Shown piece after piece: positions 1 to 14,599 of a DNA stretch of 64,000 nucleotides. How positions within the stretch are numbered: position 1 is the first letter of the stretch; each line of letters opens with the position of its first letter. The notes below the pieces were generated by a model. It had not been told where the DNA came from and searched no databases. It saw only the letters and a list, made by a program, of their open reading frames with translations. The DNA is from Podarcis tiliguerta (Eukaryota). The stretch is from the NCBI GenBank assembly GCA_965153285.1, contig OZ229115.1. The stretch is one strand, 5' to 3'. The translations under genes and the position numbers were made by a program.

Positions 1-3000
1 CCTATTTTCAAAGTGCTTCCTATACAATTGTTTAAAACAGTTTGCGGAAGCAAAAGAAGGCAGAAAAAGTGAGAATTAAAGCACAGATCTTCCCCGTTAA
101 AGGTGATTTATAAAATGGTTGCTTTAAAACTATTGCTAGGAGACCATTTCTTTCCTTCTTTTTACTTCTCTAGTAGATAAATGGCTTTCCTATTACCGGT
201 AATTATATTGGATAGACTGAGTAAGGTTACTCCTTGGTACATTTAGACACAGCTAAAGTGGGAATGGGAGGGTGTCTCATGTTTTACTCATGGACAAGTG
301 AAAGGAGACAGCTTTTAAATATCCATAAATGGGATCTACAACAAATTGTTGCAGTGTGGTAGGAGCCTGTTCAGGGTGTAGGCTGCTCAACCATGCCCTT
401 TCTAGGATACTGTACTCCATTTCTTTCTGCATCTCCATCCCCTTCTGCTTGGTTTTCCATCCCATCTTCCACTACAGTCCCAAGTCAAATCAGCCCCCCA
501 GCATACCCGCTATTTTCAGTGGGAGCTTTCCTCCATTTGCAAAAAACCATCCCTGAGGGGATATTCCAATCAGGACAGTGGCAGGCAGGGGTTAAAGCTT
601 CCCTCCTCACATGCCACGATCCATCCCACCCACACCTGCTATTAATGCCAAGGCAAAGTACGTGAAAATTGCCTCATATTATTTGGCCTTTGAGTCTTAG
701 TAAACTTTTTCTTCACTTTGGTTTTTCTTTGGAGCTAAATCAGTATGGGTGCAAATTTGCATAGTACTTGAGGGACTGTGTTCGCCACATCTAATTTTAT
801 TTCTGTAACTTCAAAGCCATGATCCTTCTGTTTCACCTTTATCCTATAATTACTCTTGCTGGAATTAATGTCCATTTGCACTAGCTTCTCTCTTCCCATG
901 CTTTGTGCTGAGTGTGGCTATTCAAAACCACCGTACAATAAGCAAGGAGGTATGGAGGCAGTAAAACACAGAAGGGAATCTGGGCCCTTCCTCTGAACTG
1001 ACCTTTTAATGCTAGTTCCTGTGGATACTCTGAACCACTGTTGATTTAGCTACAGACTGAATTTTATACAAAACCCACCACAGAAGAACTGAATAATCTA
1101 GCAGTAGAGGGTCTGCTGGTGAAAATGAGCTTGATGCAGCTTTAGCACTAGAAATGACTGAATGTTCAGTGAGACTGTTGAAATGCAGCCTACTATACAA
1201 GTGAGGTGATGTGTTGTTGTGCTTGAGAGAGAGGAGCAAAGAGAAAACACATGCTCATCCCCACCCCCACACAAGTGCTAACCCTCATGCGTTTGTTCTG
1301 CTGGAAGAGCTGGCAAGGGTAATTTCCCCCCTCCCTTCCCTTTTCCTCTCAGTGTTATGAATTGTGCTTTGCTGACTTTCACCGCTTCGTAGCAAGAAAG
1401 GTCAGGAACCTCATAAACAAGGTGAGGAGAGAGTTGTGGGAATGCAGAGCAGCAGTCCGGGCCACTGATGCTTTCTGACATTAGAGCACTAATGAATGTT
1501 CTTGTCATGGTCCCGTGAATATTTCAGGAAACATTCTCCTCCCATCTTTGCTGGGCCTCCTGGTTGCCAAGGTTACCTGACAGGACTTTCCTCAGAGAGA
1601 GGTAGCTGCAGGTTGGCTGTTCTCAGCATGCCAGTGAGTGAATTTGCCTGGGAGAATAGCTCAGGGAGAGTTTTCACCTGCATTTCTCTCCCCCTCCCCC
1701 AGGTGCTGCTTTGTCCTTTCCCTTCCCGAGGGAGGGGTGTTTTTTTATTTTTAATCTTCATTTTACTGTTGGAGTTGGGATCATATTAATTTTGTTTTGC
1801 TTGCATAACCTGGACCGTTATCGTGTGACTAATTACTTGCACATTTTCCTTCAGACAGCAAATGGGAGAGATAAAGCTTCAGCAGGTTTATGTGATTTCT
1901 GCTTATCAAATTACAGTAATTATTTGAAGAATGGTTTAAAATGGTAGGGAGTAATGAATTTAATGATTTGCTTGCAGCAAAGCCTTCGTGCTGCGTGGAG
2001 CTGACAAACAGCCTATGCAGAAACTGACATCAAGCAGACATGATAGCAAGATGCTAGTAACACAGGGAGACCCCAAATGGCCACACTCAAGGATAAGAGC
2101 AAAGGGAGGGGTATATTTTGCAGGACTGTTTAATCGTCATTCTCACAAGTCAATTTGTTCTGTCTTTTTCCTTACATAAATCACCATTGGGGCAGCATAG
2201 AGGACCTTTACCCTCTGTTTACTTTTATTTTGCGCATGGGTACTGCACACACAAACACCAAATATTATGAGGTAAATCACTCATCTGATCAGACAGTAGT
2301 TTCCCCTGTTTTTCCCATTGTTAAAATTGCTCACAGAAATTTATGGGGGAGTAACACATTGCCAGGGGCAGGTCAGGGAATTCTATAATGTTTGCATCTA
2401 CCAAGCATTGCCACCTTGTCATGATTGATAGCAAGGACAGACCTGACTTGCTTATGATTGGACTGTCCACTTGGTACCCAGAGGAGGAAAAAGTTGGAGG
2501 TGGCATAGAAAAGGAAGAGGAAGCATTCTCATGGTGTTCCTTTGGGCCAGCTCAGCCCATTGCAGTGGTCACAGGAACATGTGGTCACAGGAGCATGTGC
2601 ATGAGATAATAAAAGTGGAACTCTTTCTAGATGCTCAATTTCTTGATTATATGATTTCTGCTAGCCATTGGCACCACAGCACCCAGAGACACACACCCTA
2701 CCCTGCACTTCCCAAATTTTATTTTTTCCTTAAAAGCACACCCTCATTCTTTGGTTGTTATTTGTTTTTTTACTTTTGTTGTTGTTTGGTTGAGAGGGGG
2801 TTGCCTGTTGAGTGGTGTTAACCATATTTCTCTGGGTTTTTGCCTGTTTGAGTAGTGGTGAGGAATATTGCCAGTTTAGTTTCTGTGAAATGGTATTTTA
2901 TGGTGCTCATAAGAGTTTCTTAGATTTCCAAATATGCACCTGGGCTCAAAAAGGTTGCGGATCCCAAGTACCAGTGTAAGACTTGACCTATAGCCCTGCT

Positions 3001-5456
3001 CAGTTCCTTGAGGGATCTGCTCTGTATGTCTTTTGAGGTATTCAGCAGGGAGCTACTCATTATCCTTAGGGTAGAGACCATGTTCCCCATCTATAAATGG
3101 ATAAACATTTCCTAGGCTACTAAATGTTTAATTCCTTAATAATCCACTGCATATAAGTATGTTATACCTGCTTCAGTGACCAGTTGTGTGTGCATTTTTA
3201 ATTATTGTTTCCTGGCAAATGACTCGGAGCCACTTTTCTCCCTGGGAATTCATGAGCTGGACTAAAAGCTCTGTGACTCCCCACCAAGAAATGACAATTT
3301 CCTTGGGAAAGAGAGATAGAGTAGCAGCCGATGGAGGGCTTAAATTTGTTCACTTTAAACATTAGGTCAAATACTTGAAGGGCACCCCTGAGTCTTTATC
3401 AGTGTTGTTTGTCCATCTCTAATTCTGACCCTCATGCTAACCATTTTCTTAAGCACGTGGCTACTGCTTCCTTTTCCTGTCTGATCAACTTCTCCTGAAG
3501 TAGAATTTGCATGTAACATATAGCTGGACCTTGAGGAGTGTGACTTGCTTTCAAAACACTCTTCTTAGCTCCTGTCTGAAGCCTCAGAGTTAGCTTGCTG
3601 TCATTACTCGTCTCTTCCTTGCAGAAACCTAATGTGTAAAACTGTAACCATGGGTCGTTGCCTGCCAAGCTCCAGGGAGCTGTCGGCTTCTAGGCTATTC
3701 GGCATTTAAAAATGATAGCTCCCATAAAAGTTTATTGGGCAGCCAGCTTCTGGAAGCTTTAGCCCCCTCAACTTCGTACTTAAAAGCAGCAGGATCTTAT
3801 TGGGACAATCTGTGGGCAGCAAGAAGTCCTCATATGCTGTGCAAGTTGCCAGATTGGCTAAATGGCATTCAGTGCTCTGCCAATTCTTTTCAGGTGATAG
3901 GTAGGAGAATATTATAAAGTGAGGTGCCCAACGTGGGCTTTCTTGGTATCACAGTTGACATGCAATAGGAAAAAAGCAAGCCACTTTGTGGGTGTGCACA
4001 GGAGGTATGAGACATGGAAATTGCAGCATGGCCAAAGAGCAAGAAGAAGCAAAAGCCCAAGCCCCTCAGTGGCAGTATTGGAACAGATGTCCTTCAAGAT
4101 AGATGGATTGTACACATGTAACTGAACCCCATTGTTTTGGGGCTTTGGAGGAAGAGTAGACGCCTCTTTCCTTAACTGTCATTGGCTAGCTGCCCATATC
4201 TGTATGTGGGATGGGAATAGGAAAATTGCTTATGCCCTGCAGCATATGATTTCATTACTCTTATTGTTCTTAGCTTTTATAGCTGCAAATGTTATTAGAT
4301 GTCATAAAATTGTCCAGTCCTTTTAAGTCCAGCCGCAGTATTTGTCTCAATTTGCCAGCACATAAAGAAAAAAACAAAGCCCATCTCAGAAGAAATATGA
4401 ACTTTTTAATAACAAAAACCCTAAAATTTGAAACTCGCCCTGAAAATAATGAATAAGTTGATCTGTAATAATTTGAAAATGCAGTTTGCTTTAGTAAGAT
4501 ACAGCATTAGATTACCCTTTTTCACATAGTCACAATGAAATCTTGTTTATCAAAGCTTACTGATATATTTAAATTCTAATACACCTTATTCTGTTCTATT
4601 TGTTTGAGAAAGTTGCTTTGTTTTGATAATTTTCTCAACTTGCAAGTATTATCTGAGACCTAATCTCTTTGTCCCACTTCCCAAAAAGTCGTTCACCATG
4701 TCATTTGTTTGGTCATTTTGCATCAGAGAAGGATGCAGTATGGCCCCTTGGTGTTACCAGGACAAGAGCGTAGCTGAGATTGTGTAGTTGCAAAGCTAAA
4801 GAGCGAGGGTGGAAAAGGAGGAAGGGTAAGGACCAGCATCAAGTTCCCTAGCCTTCATATTGGTGATTTTGTTTTGTTCTGCTTTTATTGATCATGTTTG
4901 TATTCTTTTGAGTTTACAAAATTATTTAATGATCTTATTTATCCATTCACTCTGCAAATAGTGATGCTTAAAAAATAGTAACTTTTCTAAGACAACTTAC
5001 TGAGCTTTACTACACTTCACCCCAAGGTGGCTACACGTCCATCACTTCCAGGCTGTTTGGCAGGACTACTTGTGGGGGTGAAATTGATGAAGACTTATTC
5101 ATTACAAGCTGCTCAGCAGATCACTGATCCATGTGCTGTTGGGCTGTGCCTCTATTTTCTGGGTGGACACATTTCTAATGAACACCTCATGCTTTTCTAT
5201 TTTGCTTCTGCATAAGGCAACTGTGGTCAAGCTCAATACAAGAGACTCATTATTCAAACTCATTCTCCCTGGTGTTCATAAACCACCAGGGATTGCTTCA
5301 GTAAGCTTGTGATACAAATTTCAGTACCAGATCTGGGATACAGGTGGCCCTTCAATACCAGGGAACTTCCACGGGCATCAGTAATGCGCAAAATTGGCTC
5401 ATGTGATAGGTGTTGTGAATCTTCTGGGTTGTGCACATCTGCTATAAATCCAACTT

Positions 5457-5588
5457 GATAGCTCAGGTGGTAGAGCATAATCTCTGGGTCATGGGTTCAA
5501 ACCCCATGTTGGGCAAAAGATTTCTGCAAAAGCTGGACTAGATGACCCTTGTGGACTCTTCTAACTCTACAATTCTATGATTCTATGA
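5457..5588 (+). mobile_element. tRNA-derived SINE with CR1-type 3' tail
   Basis: A-box-like TAGCTCAGGTGGTAGAGC and B-box-like GGGTTCAAACCC, followed by ggactagatgacc...ATTCTATGATTCTATGA, the CR1-type terminal repeat. Confidence 0.8.
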
Positions 5589-6671
5589 AATAATGGAAGT
5601 CTGGCTTTCTGCCTTGCCAATTCCAAAGGAAAGTGGCATGCTGTTATGATCTAGAGTTCTTAGGCTGCTTGAGGAACAGCCCTTGGTGAGCCGTTACTCC
5701 ATTAATAGAAAATATAATGCGAATATATGACAAAATGGTATAAGTAGATACAAAAGCAATGCATTCTTCTTCTTCTTACGTCAGGGTTCAAACTCATCTC
5801 AGGACGTTAACTTTAGAACTGGAAGTCTTAGATTTCAGGTATGGCTGCCCACAGTCTTGATCAAGATAGTAGGTAGACCATGGTCTTACAAGACAATGGA
5901 GATATCTAAGCTAAATGTTTTTCTCTGTGTATTCTAGGGTTAAAGGTTTAAGAATAGGATTTTCAATGCCTCTTGGTTTGTTCTTTTTCTTCATGAGGGC
6001 ATTCAAATATTGGTGACTGCTCTGTTACAGAAATTTGAGTCTATCTAAAAACCAATAAAACTATGAGCTGCATTATAATATAGACTCATATTGGGCATCT
6101 TAATATCACATGCAGGTATTCTACCTTGTAAGTTTTTGCTCAGAAGTTACTATGCATAAATTCCATTATGTTAATATTTCACTTAATCAGTATTTCCCCA
6201 GAAATAGCTATTGAAAGAAAAAAATTGACAAAGCTATTAACTAGAAACACATAACTATTTTTGCACTTCTCTCTATACACTAGATTTCCTTGTAAAATAC
6301 TTTTTTTTCATTCACTTACTGAGGGCGTTCACTTGCTGTGGTACCACTGGGATAAATCTTTTCAGTGTCTGGCTCTTATGTATGTCAGTGAGCTAGTTCA
6401 GGCACAGTTCTGTTTGAACTTTTGTATATCAAATAGTCAATGAACTTCACTCAAAGTGCTTGCTAACGAAACCACCCTGATTATCTGTGTTGCACCACGC
6501 TGTACATCAAACAAGGATCTGAAAGGGAAGGGTGGAACTGTTTCATGCCTTTAAAGACTAGAGAGTAAAGGCTGTGTGACAACCTCCTCTCTAATCTAGG
6601 ATCTGGATGTGGTTAAAAATCTGATTGCTTACACTTCGGTTTTGATTCAGAAATTTATTAACTGTTCTTCA

Positions 6672-6853
6672 TGTGCATCAAAGTTTACAATGCACCTTAA
6701 ATGGCTGTGTATCTAAAAGATTAAACTGAATCAAGGACAGAACTATTAAGGTGTGTAGAAATTGTGCATCAAAGTTTAGAATGCACCTTAAATGACTGTT
6801 TGCATGAAATATGAAGTTAAATCAAGGGCAAAGCAATTAAGGTGTATAATAAT
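6672..6853. repeat. Diverged tandem duplication, 2 x 91 bp
   Basis: TGTGCATCAAAGTTTA(C/G)AATGCACCTTAAATG starts at 6672 and again at 6763. Both units end with ATTAAGGTGT. Confidence 0.85.
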
Positions 6854-9510
6854 TGAAAGAGGAAATTAATTGTCTTTAATCTGGCATAAATCCCAAGGAC
6901 TTCTATTAAGAATTCTGGACCTATTTATAATTAGCTAGGCCTCATAATATGCTGGTTTCCAGAGGTTGGGGGTATGTGCTTCTGATATGAATGATGCCAC
7001 TATGTACAGATATAAGCCTTCTCTGCCTAAAGTCTTACTGGGTTGAGTGTTTCTAGACACCAGTACACCTCATAATAAATGACATAACATCACTTTGTCA
7101 TAATTCATAGACACAAACATTTTGTAGCAAATCAGGCTGCTTGGAAGTGGTGATGGCAGCCATTATTTTTGCATGGATTAATGTGGGACTTTCTGCTTGT
7201 AGACAAAGACTTTTTCCATTAAACTCTTTTGAGTGTGCTGAATGCAAGCATGGTTGTTGGGAAAGTGTGTTGACAATGGCCTAGTTTATGTTAGATAGGG
7301 CAGAACAAGGCAGGCATTATGTGTTGTGGATTCTGTAGTCTGACTGTCACATGGGAGGAACAGGTTAAGTCCTTGTGGTTTTCAGAAAAGAATCAACCCA
7401 AACATTACAACATGGAAAAGAATGTAGTGTGCATTACAGTGCTCATTCATCAGCCCTTACATGTAGGTGCAGAATGATAGGCAATGGTTTCTATGTAGCA
7501 ATGCTACTGGCTAGTTAATAAGCAGTATTAAAAGGAGAGACAGGAAAATGAAAATCCCTTCTTGGAAACTAGCAGTGTGCCATCATGTGATGTTGGATCA
7601 GGAAACAGGGATTTTGGGATATCTCTGCTCTGAGTATTTAGTGAAATCCACTAGATTTTAAGGCTTTCTCTCTCCATGTGCCTAGAAAGTAAAAGTCTGC
7701 CCTATTTTTATTATCTAGAGCAGGGTGAGGAGAGCTGCAGGACTAAATTCGTAGCATTAATGCATTTGCATGCACCTTCTCAAGGGGCCAAGTGCTGCCT
7801 AATTAGAAGAGTTTTGCCTATTGCCCAGGTCAGTGACTACATAGGCTACTCAGAGGAAATCTCCAGCACGTATTCTTACATGGTCGTCCATTTTTGAGCA
7901 GCACAATATTAGCCTGCAAAATTAATGTTGTGCAGCTGACATGATAGAACACCAATGTAAATAATATCAGAAGTTGCACCTATTTGTGTCTGTGTGAGAA
8001 GGTACAATATGATAGTGGATTTCCTTGTGCTTCAAGTATACAAAGTCCATTGTTTCACCTTATATTGACCCTCATCTTGTTTGCAAGTTGCCAGCAGGAG
8101 GTGGAAGCATTCATGCAGGGCCAGTCCAGGAGCTTTTGCCACTTCAGACAAAACAAAAAATGTTTCCATCTTTCCATCTGCCATGGCTGCCTCCTCCATG
8201 CCCATTTGCCGCAGCTGCCTCTTACCATGCCTGCCTGCCACAGCTGTCTTCTCCACTGCCATCTCCTCTGCAGCCTGCTGCTGCCACCACCTCTTCCTGC
8301 ACATCCCTCTGTTGCTGACAAGGAGGAGGTGTCAGTGAGCAGGCCTGGAGGAGACTGTAGTGTTGGCAGATGGGCATGGTAGTAGGGAGCAGTGGGTGGG
8401 TACAGAGGAGGCCAGATCTGCTGGCTGAGGCAAGTGCCAGCTCTGTTTTCATGTGTTCAATAGTCCTGAGGAGTTGTATAGGTGATGGACTGAAGATGCA
8501 GTAGTAGTCTAATTCGTTTAGTGTTGCATGCTACACTGTTGTATTGCTGGGCTGTGGAAAGTATACACTTCATGCGTTGCTTTCGTTATTTTGCCAGATA
8601 GAGAAGCCGACATTCAAACCCTCAAGAATCTAGAACTGATCTGAGACTTCTTTCTCTCAATAATAATTTCAGTGCCAAAAACATATACTGACTTTAAAAT
8701 CTGAGGGAGAAGCAATTATATTCTGTAAGAAAAATGAATCCCCTTAACTCTCTTATTTGACTGAATACTGCATACAGTGTCTCTGAGACTCCCACAGTGT
8801 GTTGATTGAATTTAGGGACCATTTCATCATTGAAAAGTTAAAGAGATGCACCCTTCTGTCTGTGCCCTAAAATGAGAAATACCTGTCCTGCCGAATGGTT
8901 TGATGTTTTGTTGATGAAAACACTGGCAGCCTTTGGATGGGTGGAGGAGCATTTTTCACTTCTATGAGCATCGGCATGTGCAGCATCAGCAGAAATACAG
9001 GAAATACAATTTTGAAGTGTTGTGTTGGAATTTTTGTTGATCTGCTGTATTGGGTTTGTATTGATGCGCACACAAAGGAGGGGAAGAAATACCCTGATCC
9101 CAAGATTCTGGCATGATTCCTCTGTCAACCTGCTGCTTGTTTGAAATGTTATTTTTAATTCATGAGGTGTTTGTTTTAAAGCCCTGTCTGAAATTACTAA
9201 CAACAGATTTTTACAGTGCATGTTTCAAAAATCTGGATGGTGTTTCAGTGCTGTGGATAAAGACTGAGGTCCCAGTACCTAATATTTTGGTTAACAAACT
9301 CCTCCCAGTAAACTCTGATCAGTTACATCAAACCAATATTATAAAGCATCACTTGTTAAGATTATTACTTTATTTATGCTTGTGTCCAGATCACTGGCTT
9401 CCTATTCGCATGTCTCTCTGCCATGACTATGTAGCCTTTGCAAGGTGATTAATATGACCAAATACCAGTGCCTAAATTTCAGCAGGAGTCTCAAGATCAT
9501 CATTACATAT

Positions 9511-9655
9511 CAGTGCTTTTTTTCTTAAAAAAAATATTTAGGGTTATTCTCCTTTTCCTAATATTGAAATACTGCCCCTCAATGAGGCAAAACTTAGATT
9601 CACAAACTGTTTAGGGGCCATACATACCCCCGTGTACCCCCAGAAAAAAGCACTG
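9511..9655. mobile_element. Short non-autonomous DNA transposon (MITE) with CAGTGCTTTTTT termini
   Basis: Left end CAGTGCTTTTTTTCT and right end AGAAAAAAGCACTG are inverted repeats. CATAT flanks both sides. Confidence 0.75.
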
Positions 9656-10129
9656 CATATTATAGATGTTTCTCTTACAGTTAAGAGAGAAAGCAAATTT
9701 ATAGACTTGGTTCTTTAAAAAATAGTTTGCATTTGATTTCACATCTATTTTTTTAACAGCAAAATAATGGTAGTTTTCTCTGACTTACGCCCCTTACCCA
9801 GTATCAAAAAATTGCCATAGCAGAACCAGAATCCTAATATTTTATATTTTGCTAAATTGGCTAACTAAGACAGCAATCCTAACCTCACTTAACTGAGAGT
9901 AGATCTTACTGAATTCAATAGTACATGATTAGGGCTGTGTTGAAAGTTTGCTCCAACCCAGTAAATTATTCTGCTGTGATTCTTACTGTTAAGCATTTCT
10001 AAGTCATAGATTCAGCTTGTGCTAGATGGGTTCGTGGAAGTTCTGCTAGACCCAAATTTGATTCTGGATACCCAGATTACATTCTATTGCTGGAGAGAGT
10101 AGATCAGGCCATGATGGCATATATCTAAG

Positions 10130-10260
10130 TTACAAGGGGCTGCCTTTGAAAAGTTTCTGGGAAATTCACATTGTAAAAAATGTAGCACCCAGATTGATGG
10201 CTACAGCTGAGTTCTGAGAACATGTCAGCTCACTATTCAAACGGCATTGGTTCCCGAAAT
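10130..10260 (+). mobile_element. Old L2 LINE ORF2 fragment (approximate limits)
   Basis: Decayed resemblance to the L2 GLP..KLQLVQN.AARL..HI...LHWLP coding stretch (ggggctgcctttgaa...gagaacatgtc...cattggttccc). Confidence 0.45.
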
Positions 10261-13200
10261 TTCTCTTGTAGTGTAAGAAGCAAACATCATAAGGCTACTC
10301 AATGAATTCATGTCCAAACTGAAAATTTGAACTGAGGGCTTCAAATCATTATTATTTACTAACCCCCCCACCACCATATCATGCTGCCTTGTGGGAGAGG
10401 CAACACTGCTGCTATGTTATTATCTGCTGAAGGTACAGTACAGGGAATGGCTGTGTTATAGATATTATAGAAAGACATGATCAGAAAACATTAGCACTTT
10501 AAAGGTGAGCACTATCAGCCTTCACAGCCTAAATTCCATTTGAATGGCAAATATGACCATAGATTATTCAGTTAATTGGATAATCAGCCTGGTTTACATA
10601 ATTCTGCTGAAGGTGAAGCTATCATAAGATGAACATTAATTCCTGAAAATAAACCCAAACTGATCATGTCCCAAACCTATCAGAGGCAGCTAGTGACCCA
10701 AAATATTCTCTCTATCCTTTCCTGTAGCTCAAAGTAGAAACAGTTAGACTTTAAATCCACTTGAGTGACAACAGGAATGCTTAATGTTAATATGGGGCCA
10801 AACTTTTAGATATTCAGAAGATTGATGCTGTCAGATTAATGTATTTCCTACATCATTTTTCATGTGTTAAGCATAAACTAGACTCAAATGGATCAAAATC
10901 AATGATCCATTAATTTTAATAGCAGGTTACATTAATGTTATATGGAAATGCTTTATTGATTATGTTGCTAAAAATGAAAATCTCTATACTAATAGTATAT
11001 CACACCAGTGCAGATGAACAAATCAGAAAATCCATGATAAATTAGTAGAGAAGTTAGAAAATAGAATTTAGAAGTAGCCAAAGCAATTCCTTTTCCACAA
11101 ACATTGGCTATTTTACTTTTATGAATAGGTTTTTTAAATGCTCTGATGGTTTTGTCACAATGATAGTCACATACAAACTGAATTAAAATTGCTTCAAGTG
11201 TTGGGGCTTCTCATGGCAAATATATTACTTTAAATTCTTGCTTTGTGTGATGTGTTCTCACAGTTACATGTGGAAATCAGATGAGTCCTAAAGAACTTGG
11301 AAACTTGCCGCTATTTTTTGACATTTCTGTTGGTCCTAATAAATGTATCACTCAACTAGATTTTTTAAAGGGTTTTGCTTTTCTCACGGACCAACATGAC
11401 TACTTTTTGTTTTTATGTGCCTTGGAGAATACCAAATCTAGCTCTTCAGGGCAGCATCTACAACTAGAGTAAGACAATTTACTACCAACTGAAAATGGAC
11501 TTTGGATTGGACAGCTTTATCCCTGCTAACCATTTGACACTATGTTTTTTGATACTGTATATTTTGTTTTTGTCCAGTACACCTTCAAAACTAATCTCTA
11601 GTTTTGATAATGCTGCTATATTTGTCTTTTATTCTGCTAATTAGGAACCTATGTGTTTCATTTAAGGTGTTGGACAGATCTAGGTAACACCTGGAGTTTT
11701 GTTTTCAAAAATAGGAAGTAGTTAATGCTTTTTTTAAAATCACAGAATCCTAGTATGTAACCTCATATCTGCAGTCCTTATCAGAGACTTATTCAGCTTG
11801 CAGTCTATTATCTTGGAAATGAGTTTACAAGCTGACCTTATGACTACAATATCCAGCCTAATTTTGGTTCTTGTTTTTTCCTTCCCCATTGTGTATCATA
11901 TTTCCTAATGAATAGTTCTGCTACAATTATATGACATTTTTATTAGTCCTGTGATAAATATATTGCCCAGTTGCGGATTTTGGATTTTTTACCAAAACCA
12001 CTACATTTGCTTTTTATGGGTTATCTCTGTTCAAAAGATAAGCCTATAAATGGAACCTTAGATTGGGTTTTAAAACAGACAGTCATCTAGTAGTTTGCGA
12101 TGAGTAAGAATCACCTTCAAGCACCATGCAAGAAAGCTTCCAGCTGATGTTGTGCTACAAATCTCTTACTAGGGCACTGAAGATCTGGAGAAGTTTGTGG
12201 ATTTATTTCCAGGCATTCTGGATCACTGTTGTATTCTGCTTATGATCATCTGTGGAAAGTTAAATGGATAATCCATTCCAGTGCAGTTTTGCTACGTATG
12301 TGTACTCTTTCACTACCAAATGTCATATGAATGCAAAATTTTGCAACTAGTTCAGAATTGGTACAACTGCATACTTTTATTCTAAGAAGTTCACCTGTGA
12401 GTACATCCCACTTATATTACAAAAACCTCTCAAGTTTAAGAGAAGTAGCAAAGCTGCCCTGATGGATTTTGCTTACACTTTCACTGTCTCACATATAAGC
12501 ATATGCATATCCTAATTGTAACTTGTCTATTGCTGGATGATTTGCAGGAAAGCAGAAATTTAGGATATAATCAAGTGGATCCTGAAAAGGTAGCATAGGT
12601 AATTCTGATATAATACTTCCATGTGTATTCTTTCAGTGGAATCATTATTTCTTTTAACTATGGTTTGTTCAAACAAGCAGACAAGCAAATGAGCCATGGC
12701 TGTTTTCTCCAAAGCTTGGTTTGTTTTCCAGCTGTCCTTGCCTCACACCCCTGTAGCTTGGCAAGTATCTATAGTAGGGTGGTCAAACAATACATGGTTA
12801 AGCAAGACTGTTGTGTTAGGACATAACACCAAACCATAGTAAAAATAAGTGTGGTTGGTGTCTGTCTTGGGAGACAATGGAAGAGTGCGCCTTCGGGAGC
12901 GAAGTCAAATTGTTGGATAGTTACAGTGCCTGCTGGAACGATATGGGAAAGTCATGCTTTGTTGCAGCTGGGGCAGATGAGTGCAGCTGATGCAGGTGTA
13001 CCATGGCATTTCTTCTTGCTGCACTGCTCCCAGCAGTTACTCCTCCTCTGGTCACTTCTGTTCATAAATAAGCAGCACAGAACCACAGCTTCACATTGTG
13101 ATTTGTTACCAGAAAACAAACCATGGTTAGTCTGCTGGGCTGGGTTCAGACACTGGAACAAACCACACTGTAGCTGAACAAGCCATGAATTAGTCTAATG

Positions 13201-13831
13201 TATAAACCAGGCCACTGTCAACTTTAGAAACCAAATTTATGCATAATATTGCATCTAAAGGAGATTTCTGCATTAAAGTATATAAAAGCATGAATAGCTC
13301 CCAATCATTTCTTTTGCAGGAGGACAGACATAAGTAATGTTAAGAATTTCTCTAACTTCTGTTTTCCTTGTGTATTCATCCAACCATTCATTTTAATGAA
13401 ACAGTGTGATTTCATATATTTTCTTTTTAAAATATTTTTAATGAAAACCACAAGAACAGAAGTTGGCCTTTCTGAAAATCAATTACTACATAAGTACTTC
13501 ATTCGGTTGCCTAATATTAAACAAACCTAAACTGTATGTTTGTCTTTTGGTGTGTAGAAAAGCTGGGGGTCTGAAATGTTGTAAGTCTGTGTTGTGCTGC
13601 ATAATTCTGTTGACATGTTTGTAACAATGGGAAAGAGGAAAGCCTCTGCCTTGCCTGATGGCAAAAAAAGGTGAAATAGGAGAGCTGAAATTAGTACCGA
13701 CATACTTGCTTGCTGTCCCTAGAGCTTCTGCTGCCTCTTAGAAGAGCAGCTATATCAGATAATGAAAAATAGAGGCTCACCAGCCAGTCAAGCTCCACGG
13801 TTGAAAAGGTATCAGAGGTTTGTAAATTTTA

Positions 13832-13925
13832 GATAATTAATAATCCAGTATTATCCACTGCTGGATAATTAATATTCAGTAGTTAATGCTGCTAATTAAT
13901 ATCCAGTAGTTAATACTACTAATAA
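13832..13925. repeat. Short AT-rich imperfect tandem repeat
   Basis: Three related copies of TAATTAATA(T/A)(T/C)CAGTA, spaced about 30 bp apart. Confidence 0.6.
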
Positions 13926-14599
13926 GGTTAAATAGCAGTTTCCTGGCAGTGAAGATAACACTCTCCTTTTGCTAGATTTTGATGATGATTGCCTTGGCTA
14001 GATCATAGCTCTACTGCTTTGTAGAGGGGAGGGGCAGATGAAATACAAATCTGGTAATGTAAAAATAGTATTCATAACCTCAAGAGAGTGAACAGCCACA
14101 GGTGATTTGTCTAGTATTTCTCTTGACAGTTTGCCAAAAGGCTATTACCCTCTTGTTGCATATGGGGGTCTTAGAAAATACTGCAATAAATATTTGATAC
14201 ACAGAGCATAGAGCTGGAAGAAATTTGTTGAGAGAGAGGATTAGCAGATGTCGTTCATTTTCACGCTTATAACTTGATACTACACAGTGATTTGTAATTA
14301 GAGGGTTAAGATGGATTAGCTTGAATGAAAATGAAATTCAAATTGCAGAAAGTCTATATGAGCAAGCAGGAATGAAGATGCAGCCTCATAGTGCAATAGC
14401 ACAAGATTTGAACTTGATATGCCTTAGTGGAGGGCTATATTATTCAGTTAAATAATGTGATATATATTTATTATTTCATTTATCTACCACTCTTCATAAC
14501 AATATGACAGCATGATTTACAAATATAACCAAATACAAAACCACATCAGTCAATAAGAACAATCTTAAAATCTCCAAACAACAATGGGATAATATTTTG

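Noticed and set aside
5457-5520. tRNA gene
   Set aside because: It has A/B-box-like motifs but no complete cloverleaf, and it runs into a CR1-type tail, so it is a SINE head.
7984-8452. Stack of overlapping ORFs on both strands
   Set aside because: Explained by a GC-rich, C-rich-then-G-rich low-complexity segment with few stops, probably a decayed repeat. No coherent protein.
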